Positions 48,497 to 58,047 of a DNA stretch of 64,000 nucleotides are shown here, in pieces. This stretch comes from an uncultured Candidatus Bathyarchaeia archaeon. GTDB lineage: Archaea; Thermoproteota; Bathyarchaeia; Bathyarchaeales; Bathycorpusculaceae. A model generated the notes under the pieces. That model did not search any database. It was given only the letters and a program-made list of their open reading frames with translations, and was not told the DNA's origin. A program made the position numbers and the translations under genes. Location of the stretch: positions 107,076 to 171,075 of the forward strand of contig CAYVGZ010000001.1 in NCBI GenBank assembly GCA_964450845.1. The letters run 5' to 3'. The stretch's first letter is position 1, and every line of letters starts with the position of its first letter.

Positions 48497-49333
48497 TTAG
48501 ACCTTACCGTATGGATACTTTTCTTTCTCAAGTGGTAGATAAACATTTACGTGCCATCCTGTGCTAAGTGGAGAGAAACCACTCCAATCGGCGTACTCCA
48601 TATAGGAAATGGGTGATGGATTAACAACGTATATAACCTTCTTAAATTCACCTAGCTCATTGTATGTGCCATCGGGATGAATTACTCGTCTATGATAATG
48701 ACCATATACGTAAATGTCAGCAGGAATATCCCCTTTTCTTTTCTTTACCGCTCTAAGTATTGCTTCTATTGATGTAGCATTACCTTTGTTTGGGCGGTGT
48801 GATATAAATATCCTGTATAATTTGGAAATTTTTAATTTATGATTTACTATTGTTAGCTCAAGGATTCCATCCATCTGCATGTCTAGAATCTTGGCTGGTC
48901 CGTACATCTCTTCCTGTATCCATTGACCGCTAGTGTTTCTGCTTCTGTATTCATGGTTTCCTATTACCCCTGCAGCAAGGACTCCTTTATGTTCTCCATC
49001 TGTTCTAACGCTTCTAAAGCTATTACCATGTAGGTGACGTTGAAGGCGTACGAGGGCGTCCCTCATCTCAGTCTTTTGTATATGAGGATCTCGTATTGCA
49101 ATGTCATAACCATGTCCTACACTGTTGTTTAGATTGTTTTCAATCATATCTCCAGTGTAGATTATAAATTGATTACCTCTATGCTGATCTTGCTCTCTCT
49201 GAAGTACGCGTTCCATGTCTTGGAGATTAACGCCTCTAACACCATAATGATAATCTCCTCTAACACTAAGAGCTAATTCGGTCTTAGTTATAGGAACTGT
49301 TACTTTATATACTGGTATGTTCATTTGTTCCAT
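48497..49333 (-). CDS. Metallophosphoesterase-family protein
   Basis: GDYHYG, TGDMIEN, IGNHE, YGHYH. Confidence 0.75.
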   Translation of the reverse strand: MEQMNIPVYKVTVPITKTELALSVRGDYHYGVRGVNLQDMERVLQREQDQHRGNQFIIYTGDMIENNLNNSVGHGYDIAIRDPHIQKTEMRDALVRLQRHLHGNSFRSVRTDGEHKGVLAAGVIGNHEYRSRNTSGQWIQEEMYGPAKILDMQMDGILELTIVNHKLKISKLYRIFISHRPNKGNATSIEAILRAVKKRKGDIPADIYVYGHYHRRVIHPDGTYNELGEFKKVIYVVNPSPISYMEYADWSGFSPLSTGWHVNVYLPLEKEKYPYGKV

Positions 49334-50081
49334 TCAGTTTCTCCACAAACATTTCTGAGTACTTACATTTTTCAGGTGCGCACTTTAAAGTAAATAGAGA
49401 ATCGTAGTCTCCATTATAAACTTCAGAAATTGGCACACCGTTTTTATTGAATGGACAGGATCGTACTGTTCCATCAAAGTTAATATCTACATATGAACCA
49501 TGGTCATATGGGCAACGCCCATTTATTATCCAGCTTGTTGCACAGCTATCTATAGTAGTACCTATAGTGTTAGACAACATGCTATAGTACGTCAAATTTT
49601 GGAGCTTTTCTTTATCAATCCAATCTTGATCCACACAAAAATGCATATAAGAATATGGACTATTCCACAACTGCTTTTTTATTGTGTAGTCATATGTTTC
49701 GTCATCTTTTATCAGGAACAACTTCTGATAATTTAATATGCTCATTGCTTGTTCCTTGGTATAGACTGAAACCTGCAGCTGTTTACTTCGTGTCCTTAGT
49801 TGTGGATTCTTTTCTAATGTTGGGTAAGGTAAAGTAAGGTTGTAATTTGGATACCTAGTTAATAATACGCAAGGTCCAAGTATATCCTCATTACATAGAG
49901 ATTCGTGTAACACGTATCCTTTTTCAAGCATCTCTACTCTAAAATTAGAAGGAAGAATCTCCTCAGTTTTACCCGAGGAGATAATCTTCCGTCTATGATA
50001 GCAGACATTCGAGTTGGGACAATCATAGGAACAGGGTTCCATATGAAGTGAAACAATTTTACGCGTAGAGTTCTGTTCCAT
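49305..50081 (-). CDS. Degenerate radical SAM/SPASM-like protein
   Basis: EPCSYDCPNSNVCYH near N-terminus; DSC...RCPY...INFDGTVRSCPF...C..C at C-terminus. Confidence 0.5.
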   Translation of the reverse strand: MEQNSTRKIVSLHMEPCSYDCPNSNVCYHRRKIISSGKTEEILPSNFRVEMLEKGYVLHESLCNEDILGPCVLLTRYPNYNLTLPYPTLEKNPQLRTRSKQLQVSVYTKEQAMSILNYQKLFLIKDDETYDYTIKKQLWNSPYSYMHFCVDQDWIDKEKLQNLTYYSMLSNTIGTTIDSCATSWIINGRCPYDHGSYVDINFDGTVRSCPFNKNGVPISEVYNGDYDSLFTLKCAPEKCKYSEMFVEKLNGTNEHTSI

Positions 50082-50499
50082 CTACATCTCCGCGAAGTAC
50101 TGGTGCTTTCTTCACCTTGTACTCGTCGTCTTCTCTGATGATTTTAGCTAACTGTTCGAGTTCATCAGCTATGATGTTTCGTGCTTCGTCCTCAGAGACT
50201 TCATCAACAGAATGGTCGATAACCCACTTTGGTTTTCCTGCTTTTTCCATTGAATCCCTTATGCTTTTAACAAGCCATCCATAAAGGAATCCTTTGGCTG
50301 CTGACGGATTACCTGTAAGACCTAGACCCAAATAGAAAATAGGTTTACACTGATCGCCTTTCTCCTCAGCCATCTTATGGTATGTATCCATAAGTTTCTT
50401 TAGATCAACTTGCTCTTCATCTTCCTTGATTTGGATCTTGTGTCTTTTACCATCGAGCCACAAGAACTCGAGTTTCTTTGGATCTGTTCCTCCGAACAT
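50059..50499 (-). CDS. Hypothetical protein
   Basis: 146-aa ORF. Confidence 0.65.
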   Translation of the reverse strand: MFGGTDPKKLEFLWLDGKRHKIQIKEDEEQVDLKKLMDTYHKMAEEKGDQCKPIFYLGLGLTGNPSAAKGFLYGWLVKSIRDSMEKAGKPKWVIDHSVDEVSEDEARNIIADELEQLAKIIREDDEYKVKKAPVLRGDVDGTELYA

Positions 50500-50517
50500 G
50501 TTATGTCCCTCTCTTGT

Positions 50518-50945
50518 TTAAGTCAAGAACTGACTAGTGTATAAGTTGTGACTTTCTTTTGAATCAAGAAGTACACCATCTTTAGTTCTATACATCATTT
50601 GTTCTTGATCATAAATAGTATGTCTATGAACAATGTAATGATGTTCGCTAGTTAATTCAATTACATCTAGCTGATGTTCTGGTTTATATGACCAGTGATG
50701 AAGATGATATCCTTCCTTTTTTTTCATTCCAGCAGTTGCATCTGTAGCTGCTTTTTTCTCTGGAAATAGTTCTTCGTATCGTTTGTTATTATCATTATAC
50801 TTTAAACGATGGTACTTTCTTCTTGATCTTTCTTTCTCTTTCTATTCTGGATTCTGTCTCTTAAGCGTCTGATGATATGCTTCGTATGATTTACAACATA
50901 GTTTGCACTTAAAAAGGTTAAAATGGTAGTTAACTAATAATACCA
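50518..50945 (-). pseudogene. HNH-type endonuclease remnant
   Basis: FKCKLCCK...KRQNPE* then shifted ERERSRRKYHRL...FPEKK...YHLHHWSY...EHH..VHRH; N-terminus missing. Confidence 0.65.
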
Positions 50946-50947
50946 TT

Positions 50948-51352
50948 TTAGAAGGGGAGATCGTCGTCTTTACTTGCTTGTGTTCCATTTACCTGTGGCT
51001 GGATCACAACTATACCTCTAACATCAACTTCGTCGATCCATACCGTCTGACCGTTAGTTTTGTCCTTAAAACTGCGTCTGTTGGTCTGTCCATCTATGTC
51101 CAAGACAGCACCGAGATTGAGAGCCTTCTTTGTCTTCTCAATATCTTCAGCGTTCTTTACAAAGTAACTGCAGCGTCTGAACAGTCTTGGAGACTTATCT
51201 GCCCTGTCGTTTACTCTTGTTTGTACCTTAAATACAAATCGTGAACCGTTCTTGACTCCATCTTTTTCTACAGAGAACTCATCGAAGGCCTTTTGTGTGT
51301 CCTTCTTTAGCGAAATAACTTCGCCTCTTACAATCTTAACTACTTCTGACAT
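50948..51352 (-). CDS. ssb: Single-stranded DNA-binding protein
   Basis: OB-fold-like body and acidic C-terminal tail DDDLPF. Confidence 0.8.
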   Translation of the reverse strand: MSEVVKIVRGEVISLKKDTQKAFDEFSVEKDGVKNGSRFVFKVQTRVNDRADKSPRLFRRCSYFVKNAEDIEKTKKALNLGAVLDIDGQTNRRSFKDKTNGQTVWIDEVDVRGIVVIQPQVNGTQASKDDDLPF

Positions 51353-51407
51353 GTTGTACTCCTTAAAGTTTATCTTGAAATGGATGTTGACATCAATCGT
51401 TTAGGGT

Positions 51408-51602
51408 TTACACCCCGTAACGCGCTCTGATTGTGTGCCAAGCCATCGCGGCCGCTATCTGACGAACAGAATAGCGAATACGCGCTTTCTTGACAGTTCT
51501 TGTGTTATTGATGCGATCAGTAAGATCTGACGCATTCTCACCCTTGTTCCATGCAGACTCGATCATCTGCTGAATTCGTGTAGGAAATGTGGACTTTGCC
51601 AT
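51408..51602 (-). CDS. Hypothetical protein
   Basis: 64-aa ORF with GAG-rich RBS. Confidence 0.55.
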   Translation of the reverse strand: MAKSTFPTRIQQMIESAWNKGENASDLTDRINNTRTVKKARIRYSVRQIAAAMAWHTIRARYGV

Positions 51603-51608
51603 ACTCTC

Positions 51609-54600
51609 TCACTCCTGTTTTAAAGTTTTAAAGACAATCTTCGGAACTTCCGAAGTTAGTCTAGACACGACGTCGTGCCCATTTTTCGAGTCAGATAAGA
51701 CTCGTTCTTGAATCTCAACTCGATCAATGTCCACATCGTACATTTCAAGATTTCGTTGTATGTTAGCATCGAAAATCTGTTTAAGGTTTTCTTTGCTTAG
51801 TTGATTAAATACTATCACTTCATCTACTGATTTCATTAGGTCTTCGCCAACAATTTTCTTTAGCTCATCGTGATTGACCTCTCCTTTTTGTTCTTCCTTT
51901 GCAGGACTGAACCCCATCGCCCTAGCTTTGCCTTTAAATACCTTTGCTGTTTCTTCATCATTTAGCGTGACTCCGAAAATTATTACAGTATTATTAAGAC
52001 TTGCTTCCCTTTCAGCTGAATCTGTTATCTTTCCATGACGGCTTGCATCAATAACGTACTGAATGATAGATTCATCTGCTTTATTGATTCCTCTAAAGTA
52101 CACAATAGATTGAGGATTGTTTCGTATTGATTTAATAAGTCCGCCAGACTTTCCATAGCCGACATATCCTGGAGGAGCACCTTTGAGTTCAGTAATCATA
52201 AACTCGCTAGTCATTCCAGTCATATCGTACTCTATATATGCGCTATCTTTTCCATAGAGATTCTTTGCTAAGAGTTGTGCTGCGGATTTCTTTCCAACAC
52301 CAGATGGCCCCACTACTAGTAGCGTGGCTATTGGTCTCTCTCTGTCGTATTTGACATGCTTAAATATATTAACGATGTTAGCTAGCGTCTTGATTGCTTC
52401 GTCCTGACCAAATATTTTTTCTTGTAGGGCGCCTAGCACCTCTTTAAACTCTAAACTGTTCTTTATCTTTCCATATGAAATATTTGTAACAGATGAGATA
52501 GCTAAATTTACATAGTCTGTTGTTAATATTCTAGAACCAGGAACAAGCTTAGCTGATTCTATCTCGTTCTTGTTCAGTTCTAAGTCAGGTATGTACTCAT
52601 TCTTAGGTTCTTCTCGTTTAGTCTCTAGCGTTATTTCTTTTTCATTCAGTATAGCACACGCTATATCTAACAAGTCTAGAGACTTATCTGGGTTTTTTCT
52701 ATGACCTAAGAACCTGCTTCCATTTACTACGGTATACTCGCAGACATCTTCAGGAATTGTACATTTATGCTCTTCTTCAAGAACTGATTTGGTTCCCTTT
52801 ATCATAGCTATTGTCTGATCAATTGATGGCTCAGCTATGTTAACCACTGTGAATCGTCGCTCTAGTGCAACATCATCTGTTATGATTGAGTGATACTCAT
52901 TTATAGTTGTGCTGCCAATGAAACGTATCTGTTCTGTAAGATATGGCTTCATCACGTCATTCATTTTGTGGCCCAAGAGCTGGTGTACTTCGTCGATGAA
53001 GAGGATAGCCTTGTCATACGATGAGGCACGTTCCAGTACTTTGATGATCGTCCCCATAGGGTCTTCTTTGAACTTCGTGAACACATACGGTATGTCAAGG
53101 TTGAGGATCTGAGCACCGAGTAATTGACGGGGTACCGTACGTTCGATAAGACGCGCGTTAATAGCGTTGACAATTGCTGTATTATGTGTTACAATAAAGT
53201 CGTTTGTGATATATAAATGATCTGGATGATCGATATATATACATACACATTCTTTTTCCCCTAATTCTTTAATTTTAGTTATTTCAAGCTTTAAATTGTT
53301 ATATTGATAGTCTATAGGTATTCTATCTAATTTTCTTTTTAAAGTAACATAGTTTCTAGGATTAGGGATTCTTATATTTACTATATAAGATAACTTTCCC
53401 TCTTTTTTTATTCCTTTATATGTAAATTTTGGATATTTTTTAGATATACTAGCAATTCCTCCTAATGACCGAACCAAATACTGGATATTTTCCGCTAATT
53501 GTTTACTTGAAGTACTGTATTGGAGTGTTCCAGTCGAACAAACTGTTCCATTAGTATCCATTAAGCCTCGTAACAGTTCTGTCTTAGAAGCTATAGAACT
53601 ATTTAAGTATATTTCTGGAATATATTTGAATTCAGAAGTTACATCTAATCCCACCGATTTTATAAAATTTCTATATTTGTTAGAATATATATTATTTGAA
53701 TTGGATATAATAGATGCTGTAATGGTTTTTTTATCAGGATGTTCAGTTAAACTATGGTTTTTATCTAATTTAGATCTTACTTTTTCTCTAATTTCTTTAT
53801 CCTGTTTTGTAAAGTGAGGACCTTTAGTTAAAGAACCATCTCCGATTAATACTCCAAGTATATAAGGATCTATTTCAAGTTCAATTTCTTTAGTATCTAT
53901 TGGTTTAACTAAATTAATATATAGTCGTTCTCTTGTTTTTTCTTTAATTTGTTTAATTAAGTTAGACTCTATTACTCTTGATTCAGATCCTAATCTTTTC
54001 CAATTTTTGGAATAAACTTTCCATAAATGTTCATTACAACATTCAGTTTTTCGGCCATCGGAAAATGTAATTTCATTTACTTGTTTTTTACCTTGTGGAA
54101 AAATTCCAAGCACTTTAGCCTTAGAATTATCTGGACAGATTACTGAATCTCCAATTTTTAAATCTTTTATTTTGATCCATCCAGATGGAGTTAAAATCGT
54201 AGAATCAATAGGCTGCGCCTTCCCGACTCCAGGTTCACCAACAAGTATGACCCCTCTCTTACTGCTCTTACATAGAGTCAAAAGTATCTTATCTATCTCC
54301 ATGTCCCTGCCAGTAATAATGTGACCCTTCTGATACTTCATTAGCTTACAGCATTTGAAGTCAGAATATGTTAGCACTAGTGGACTATTGGTTATAGACT
54401 CAATGTTATTTCTTTTTCTTGCGCCTTCTACATAGCTAAGCAACTGCTTTACTGAGATCCAAATTCCTTCAGGAACTTGTTCCAGCAGTTTCTTAAATCT
54501 TTCTTCTGATATCTTTGTTGGCTTTAGTGGAGTAGCCTTATTATCCAGATAGCTGGTTAATGTTTTTAGGCACTCATCGCTAAGTAGATCGTCAGTTTTA

Positions 54601-54662
54601 CACGCTATGTTATTAAGCGCAATGTTAACTGTTGCTGATAGTTCGATCTTTTTTGTTTGCAT
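51609..54662 (-). CDS. ClpA/ClpC-like two-domain AAA+ chaperone containing an intein
   Basis: ITGRDMEI, LVGEPGVGK|TAIV, LFIDEVH, IGSTT..EY, ALERRF, PDKSLDLLD, IFGQDEAI, LKGAPPGYVGY..GGL, MGF loop. Confidence 0.88.
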   Translation of the reverse strand: MQTKKIELSATVNIALNNIACKTDDLLSDECLKTLTSYLDNKATPLKPTKISEERFKKLLEQVPEGIWISVKQLLSYVEGARKRNNIESITNSPLVLTYSDFKCCKLMKYQKGHIITGRDMEIDKILLTLCKSSKRGVILVGEPGVGKAQPIDSTILTPSGWIKIKDLKIGDSVICPDNSKAKVLGIFPQGKKQVNEITFSDGRKTECCNEHLWKVYSKNWKRLGSESRVIESNLIKQIKEKTRERLYINLVKPIDTKEIELEIDPYILGVLIGDGSLTKGPHFTKQDKEIREKVRSKLDKNHSLTEHPDKKTITASIISNSNNIYSNKYRNFIKSVGLDVTSEFKYIPEIYLNSSIASKTELLRGLMDTNGTVCSTGTLQYSTSSKQLAENIQYLVRSLGGIASISKKYPKFTYKGIKKEGKLSYIVNIRIPNPRNYVTLKRKLDRIPIDYQYNNLKLEITKIKELGEKECVCIYIDHPDHLYITNDFIVTHNTAIVNAINARLIERTVPRQLLGAQILNLDIPYVFTKFKEDPMGTIIKVLERASSYDKAILFIDEVHQLLGHKMNDVMKPYLTEQIRFIGSTTINEYHSIITDDVALERRFTVVNIAEPSIDQTIAMIKGTKSVLEEEHKCTIPEDVCEYTVVNGSRFLGHRKNPDKSLDLLDIACAILNEKEITLETKREEPKNEYIPDLELNKNEIESAKLVPGSRILTTDYVNLAISSVTNISYGKIKNSLEFKEVLGALQEKIFGQDEAIKTLANIVNIFKHVKYDRERPIATLLVVGPSGVGKKSAAQLLAKNLYGKDSAYIEYDMTGMTSEFMITELKGAPPGYVGYGKSGGLIKSIRNNPQSIVYFRGINKADESIIQYVIDASRHGKITDSAEREASLNNTVIIFGVTLNDEETAKVFKGKARAMGFSPAKEEQKGEVNHDELKKIVGEDLMKSVDEVIVFNQLSKENLKQIFDANIQRNLEMYDVDIDRVEIQERVLSDSKNGHDVVSRLTSEVPKIVFKTLKQE
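53181..54218 (-). mobile_element. Ala-initiated (class 3-type) intein, 346 aa, with LAGLIDADG endonuclease, in the D1 Walker A
   Basis: Starts AQPIDSTILTPSGW, block B EHLW, block F CVC, ends FIVTHN followed by Thr; blocks LGVLIGDGS and LRGLMDTNG. Confidence 0.9.
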
Positions 54663-55021
54663 TATTGGTCATCCCACCATTTAAACCATGTAGTAAAGTT
54701 TGAAGAAATATCCCGCATGCTGCTTGTATAGTCTATGAAGTCTACGCTTCTTTCAACTACAGGATATTCTTCTATTGCTTTGTGCGTTACTAATATTGGC
54801 TTGCACATAAAATGGAGTAGAGCTATTTCCATAAGACTTATCTCGTTAATCTGATTTATAACTGCGAGTATTACTCGAGGATCAGTTATGATGGCCATCG
54901 CATCATTTACGCTCCAGCTTTTTTCTTCTAGGCGTTTTACTAGTGATATGTCTAGCTCAGCCTTTATTATTTTTTCTACTTCAGGATGGCAGTCATCCAC
55001 GTAAATGATTGGATTGATCAA
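54662..55021 (-). CDS. Hypothetical protein
   Basis: 119 aa, coupled to the Clp gene. Confidence 0.65.
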   Translation of the reverse strand: MINPIIYVDDCHPEVEKIIKAELDISLVKRLEEKSWSVNDAMAIITDPRVILAVINQINEISLMEIALLHFMCKPILVTHKAIEEYPVVERSVDFIDYTSSMRDISSNFTTWFKWWDDQ

Positions 55022-55022
55022 G

Positions 55023-55586
55023 TTAGCACTCCTTCTTTTTAAGAACTATATTAGCTATCTCTCTCAACTTCTGCTGTTTAAAGTACTTGTTTTTCTTTGC
55101 ATGAAGCGTTCTTCCAGTAAGAGAGATTAAAGAAGCTAATGTGATAGGATTTGTAACCGATTCGTACAGCTCTGCTTCATCTGTAACAACAGTCTCTCCA
55201 GATACAACATTAAATACTTTTAAGTTATCTTTGGTTCTGTTTACTATGAACTTGCCTAGTACTTTCCCGCCAGATGCTATGTGTTCCAAAGCATCTAGAT
55301 TCAAATTAAGCATTCGTACGAAATACAACTGCTTATTGTGTTCATACAATTGAGTAATGCTTGGTGGAATAACACAGAATCCTAGCGAGCCGTTATTGTC
55401 TAAGAGTCGTTCATACTCTAGTTCTGCTACTGCTTTTCTTACTGTTCCTATTGACACGCCTGTTGCAGAAGATATTCGCTCAAGTGTTGGAATCTTTGAG
55501 TTGGTTTTCCATTTTCCACTATATATCATCCTATGCATATATGCGACTGTTTTCCGTAGCGGCTTGCTACGATTCTTCTGATTCAT
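55023..55586 (-). CDS. GntR-family winged-HTH protein
   Basis: IYSGKWKTNSKIPTLERISSATGVSIGTVRKAVAELEYERLL; GGAGG RBS before ATG 55586. Confidence 0.8.
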   Translation of the reverse strand: MNQKNRSKPLRKTVAYMHRMIYSGKWKTNSKIPTLERISSATGVSIGTVRKAVAELEYERLLDNNGSLGFCVIPPSITQLYEHNKQLYFVRMLNLNLDALEHIASGGKVLGKFIVNRTKDNLKVFNVVSGETVVTDEAELYESVTNPITLASLISLTGRTLHAKKNKYFKQQKLREIANIVLKKKEC

Positions 55587-55594
55587 CCTTCCTC

Positions 55595-56209
55595 CTATAG
55601 AATTGTATAGACGTTTATTATATTTAAAATTGCTTCGAATGTTTTGTCTATGTCTCCAAAGAATGGTTGAATCGTGAATACTGGAAGTTCCCATTCTCGC
55701 ATTGTATGCATGTGTGTCATGAATCCAAGTCGTAGTTTTTGTAAGACATCTACGGTTAGTTTTGGATTATATTCTGGCGTGCCTTTTCTACTTTCATTAA
55801 TAGCAAAGGCATTGATAGGATCCATGTCGATGAAGAATACAGCATCTGGCTGTAGGAATTCTGAAGGATTGCTGTATATACTTTTCATCATTGGAACTAC
55901 GTCAGGACTGAATGTTTGTGCGTAAGCAAGACCAGACAGAATATATCTATCAAGAACAACATTATTAGTTCTCAGTATTTCTTGATGTTTCATTCTGTCT
56001 TTCATGAAATAGTATTCACGTTGCCAAACATCCATTCCTCTAAAGTTTAGCTTATCGGCTTCTTCGGATGTGAAGGTAGGTTCATGTTCATGAATCCAAG
56101 TTTTGTCTCTGAACTTTTTGGTAAGTTCTTCTGTGAGCATCTTTGCATACATTGACTTACCACTACAATCAATGCCCTCCAGCACTAAGAATCTTTTCTG
56201 TTCTTCCAT
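55595..56209 (-). CDS. tmk: Thymidylate kinase
   Basis: LVLEGIDCSGKS, EHEPT, VLDRY..SGLAY, QPD. Confidence 0.88.
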   Translation of the reverse strand: MEEQKRFLVLEGIDCSGKSMYAKMLTEELTKKFRDKTWIHEHEPTFTSEEADKLNFRGMDVWQREYYFMKDRMKHQEILRTNNVVLDRYILSGLAYAQTFSPDVVPMMKSIYSNPSEFLQPDAVFFIDMDPINAFAINESRKGTPEYNPKLTVDVLQKLRLGFMTHMHTMREWELPVFTIQPFFGDIDKTFEAILNIINVYTIL

Positions 56210-56733
56210 TAAAAATCATACCTCGTTCTTACGTTGTATGTTACTACTATCATTGGTTCGTCTGGTCTGCGCTTGAGGTCTTGTATTCTCGCAGAAGGAT
56301 TCACTTCAATTGGACTTATGAATCTCCCGAGTTTGATATTAGCAATCTTTCTTATCCTTCTGATTGCTCTTTCTACTGATATTTGCAGTTGCTCAAGGTG
56401 CTTTTGATCCTTCATGAAATATTCAAGCGGAGCTAGGTTCTGTGATAGATTTGTCACAAACCATTTGTTCTTTGCTTTTGGAGTTGAATACATTCTTACT
56501 TGTACTACACATCTGTTTGACTCAATTATGAACTCTATCGGAATATCAAATCGCGTGCATACTGGAGTGAGCATTTCTCTAAGCTCTTTTTGTATAGACT
56601 TGTTGAGCATCTCTATCTTAGTTTCGTAGTCTTTTCTGGTGGTCACCATAGTCTTTCTGTTAGACCATATAGCTACTATGGCTGCGTTCTCTGTCTGTGT
56701 TCTCTTGGACCTCATGTTAACTGTTGTTTCCAC
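56209..56733 (-). CDS. Hypothetical protein
   Basis: 174-aa ORF, GGAGGAG RBS. Confidence 0.6.
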   Translation of the reverse strand: METTVNMRSKRTQTENAAIVAIWSNRKTMVTTRKDYETKIEMLNKSIQKELREMLTPVCTRFDIPIEFIIESNRCVVQVRMYSTPKAKNKWFVTNLSQNLAPLEYFMKDQKHLEQLQISVERAIRRIRKIANIKLGRFISPIEVNPSARIQDLKRRPDEPMIVVTYNVRTRYDF

Positions 56734-56741
56734 AGCTCCTC

Positions 56742-57374
56742 CTAAGGTAATCTAGTTACTGGAAAGAATGCTATGTTTCTTAGCACTGTTATTTTATGAT
56801 TTGTTAGCTTTAGTTGAGTTGCAAAGTCATGATTCCATGGTGTTTGTTTGTTAGATACTAGATAGGTTTCTATACCAAGATTATGTGATTGCATACAGTA
56901 GTCTTGGTTGTCATCAAAGTAGAAGTCAGGCTGTATTTCTTTTAGCTTGTCTTCTTTGGTAGGAATATTAGTCATGTCAATTTGATTATTATTATTAATG
57001 ATATGTATACCAAGCTTGAATGGTATTCTTGGAAACCTAGCATGTATAAATCTGATAGTTTCTCCTGTAGTGCTGGCAGGTCGTGCAGTTATTATTCCTA
57101 TCTCGTGCTTAGTCCTACTGAGATAGTACAGAAAATAATAGCTGCCTACGATGGGCTTTTTAATCCATACGTATTCTGGGTCAGCGAACGCTCGCTTGAC
57201 CCTGTCTTTTAGATTCTCAGGAAGATCTCTTAAGTCATAGTTAGTGATGTCTGCATTAGAGTAAAGTTTGTTTATCAAATTATCCTTTACCATCTTGGCA
57301 CTGACATCAGCTATGATATCTCCTGAGACTAAGGTGTCGTCAAGATCGAACATGAACTTGATATTAACCTCCAA
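56742..57374 (-). CDS. HAD-family 5'(3')-deoxyribonucleotidase-like protein
   Basis: FDLDDTL, ITARP, KEDK, FDDN, PWN. Confidence 0.8.
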   Translation of the reverse strand: MEVNIKFMFDLDDTLVSGDIIADVSAKMVKDNLINKLYSNADITNYDLRDLPENLKDRVKRAFADPEYVWIKKPIVGSYYFLYYLSRTKHEIGIITARPASTTGETIRFIHARFPRIPFKLGIHIINNNNQIDMTNIPTKEDKLKEIQPDFYFDDNQDYCMQSHNLGIETYLVSNKQTPWNHDFATQLKLTNHKITVLRNIAFFPVTRLP

Positions 57375-57717
57375 TTTTTAATTCTTCTATCATTGTATAT
57401 GATATACGGGGTATACCTAGTCGCTGAGCAGTAGCTAGTTTGGTTGTGTTTAGTCCATGTGTGTTTCCTACAATTAGATAACTAGTGTTTGTTCTCACTG
57501 CTGGTTGTAGCTCTGCTCTATGCCGATTTAAAAAGGTTCCTACCTGAATTCTAGTCATTCCAGGAATAGATCCAGTTACTACTACTCGTCTTCCTGTAAT
57601 CCTGACTTTTGTATTTGCTTCTGCAGTCTTAGTGTTTATAGTTTTCTTTGGATTACTCTTCTTTGCCTTTTTGGCCGCTCTCTTTTCAAGCTTAGCATAA
57701 TCCATTCTAAAATTCAT
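57364..57717 (-). CDS. Stand-alone BRCT-domain protein (DNA ligase C-terminal type)
   Basis: GRRVVVTGSIPGMTR...TSYLIVG...KLATAQRLGIP.I. Confidence 0.8.
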   Translation of the reverse strand: MNFRMDYAKLEKRAAKKAKKSNPKKTINTKTAEANTKVRITGRRVVVTGSIPGMTRIQVGTFLNRHRAELQPAVRTNTSYLIVGNTHGLNTTKLATAQRLGIPRISYTMIEELKIGG

Positions 57718-57720
57718 AGT

Positions 57721-58047
57721 TTATCCTTTTAATTCATTCCAGTTATTGTTCTTAAAGCTATTCCATAGTCTTAAGATTAATGGAGTTCTCTTTGGTGTTG
57801 GTGGAAATTTGAAAAGTGCACATTCAAGTAGAGAAGATCTCGTTACAAAGCACTGACGGGCACTACTTTGGCACTGAGCTCTAAAGTAATCTACTTGTCC
57901 AACACATACTGTATTTGGAAATTCAGATGAATTGAAGTTGGCACAACTTCTACAAATGCCTAATCCATCTTTAATCTTAATTCTTTTTTTAACCTTAGCC
58001 TTCTTAGGCATGTCCTCCTCCGCAGCAGCTAGTATTCTTTGACTCAT
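57721..58047 (-). CDS. Hypothetical Cys-rich protein
   Basis: 108 aa with CRSC and several further Cys. Confidence 0.55.
   Translation of the reverse strand: MSQRILAAAEEDMPKKAKVKKRIKIKDGLGICRSCANFNSSEFPNTVCVGQVDYFRAQCQSSARQCFVTRSSLLECALFKFPPTPKRTPLILRLWNSFKNNNWNELKG

Noticed and set aside
12115-53170. Diversity-generating retroelement behind the GC-rich patches
   Set aside because: No reverse transcriptase and no template/variable repeat pair seen; differences are synonymous GC3 shifts, not A-specific changes.
2316-54218. Directed G-to-A hypermutation (E to K and D to N in the inteins, D to N in ClpP, W to stop in the methylase, GG to GA in tRNA-Ser)
   Set aside because: Five hand-picked sites with unknown ancestral states; transitions toward A/T are the commonest mutations in AT-rich genomes, so no claim without comparative data.
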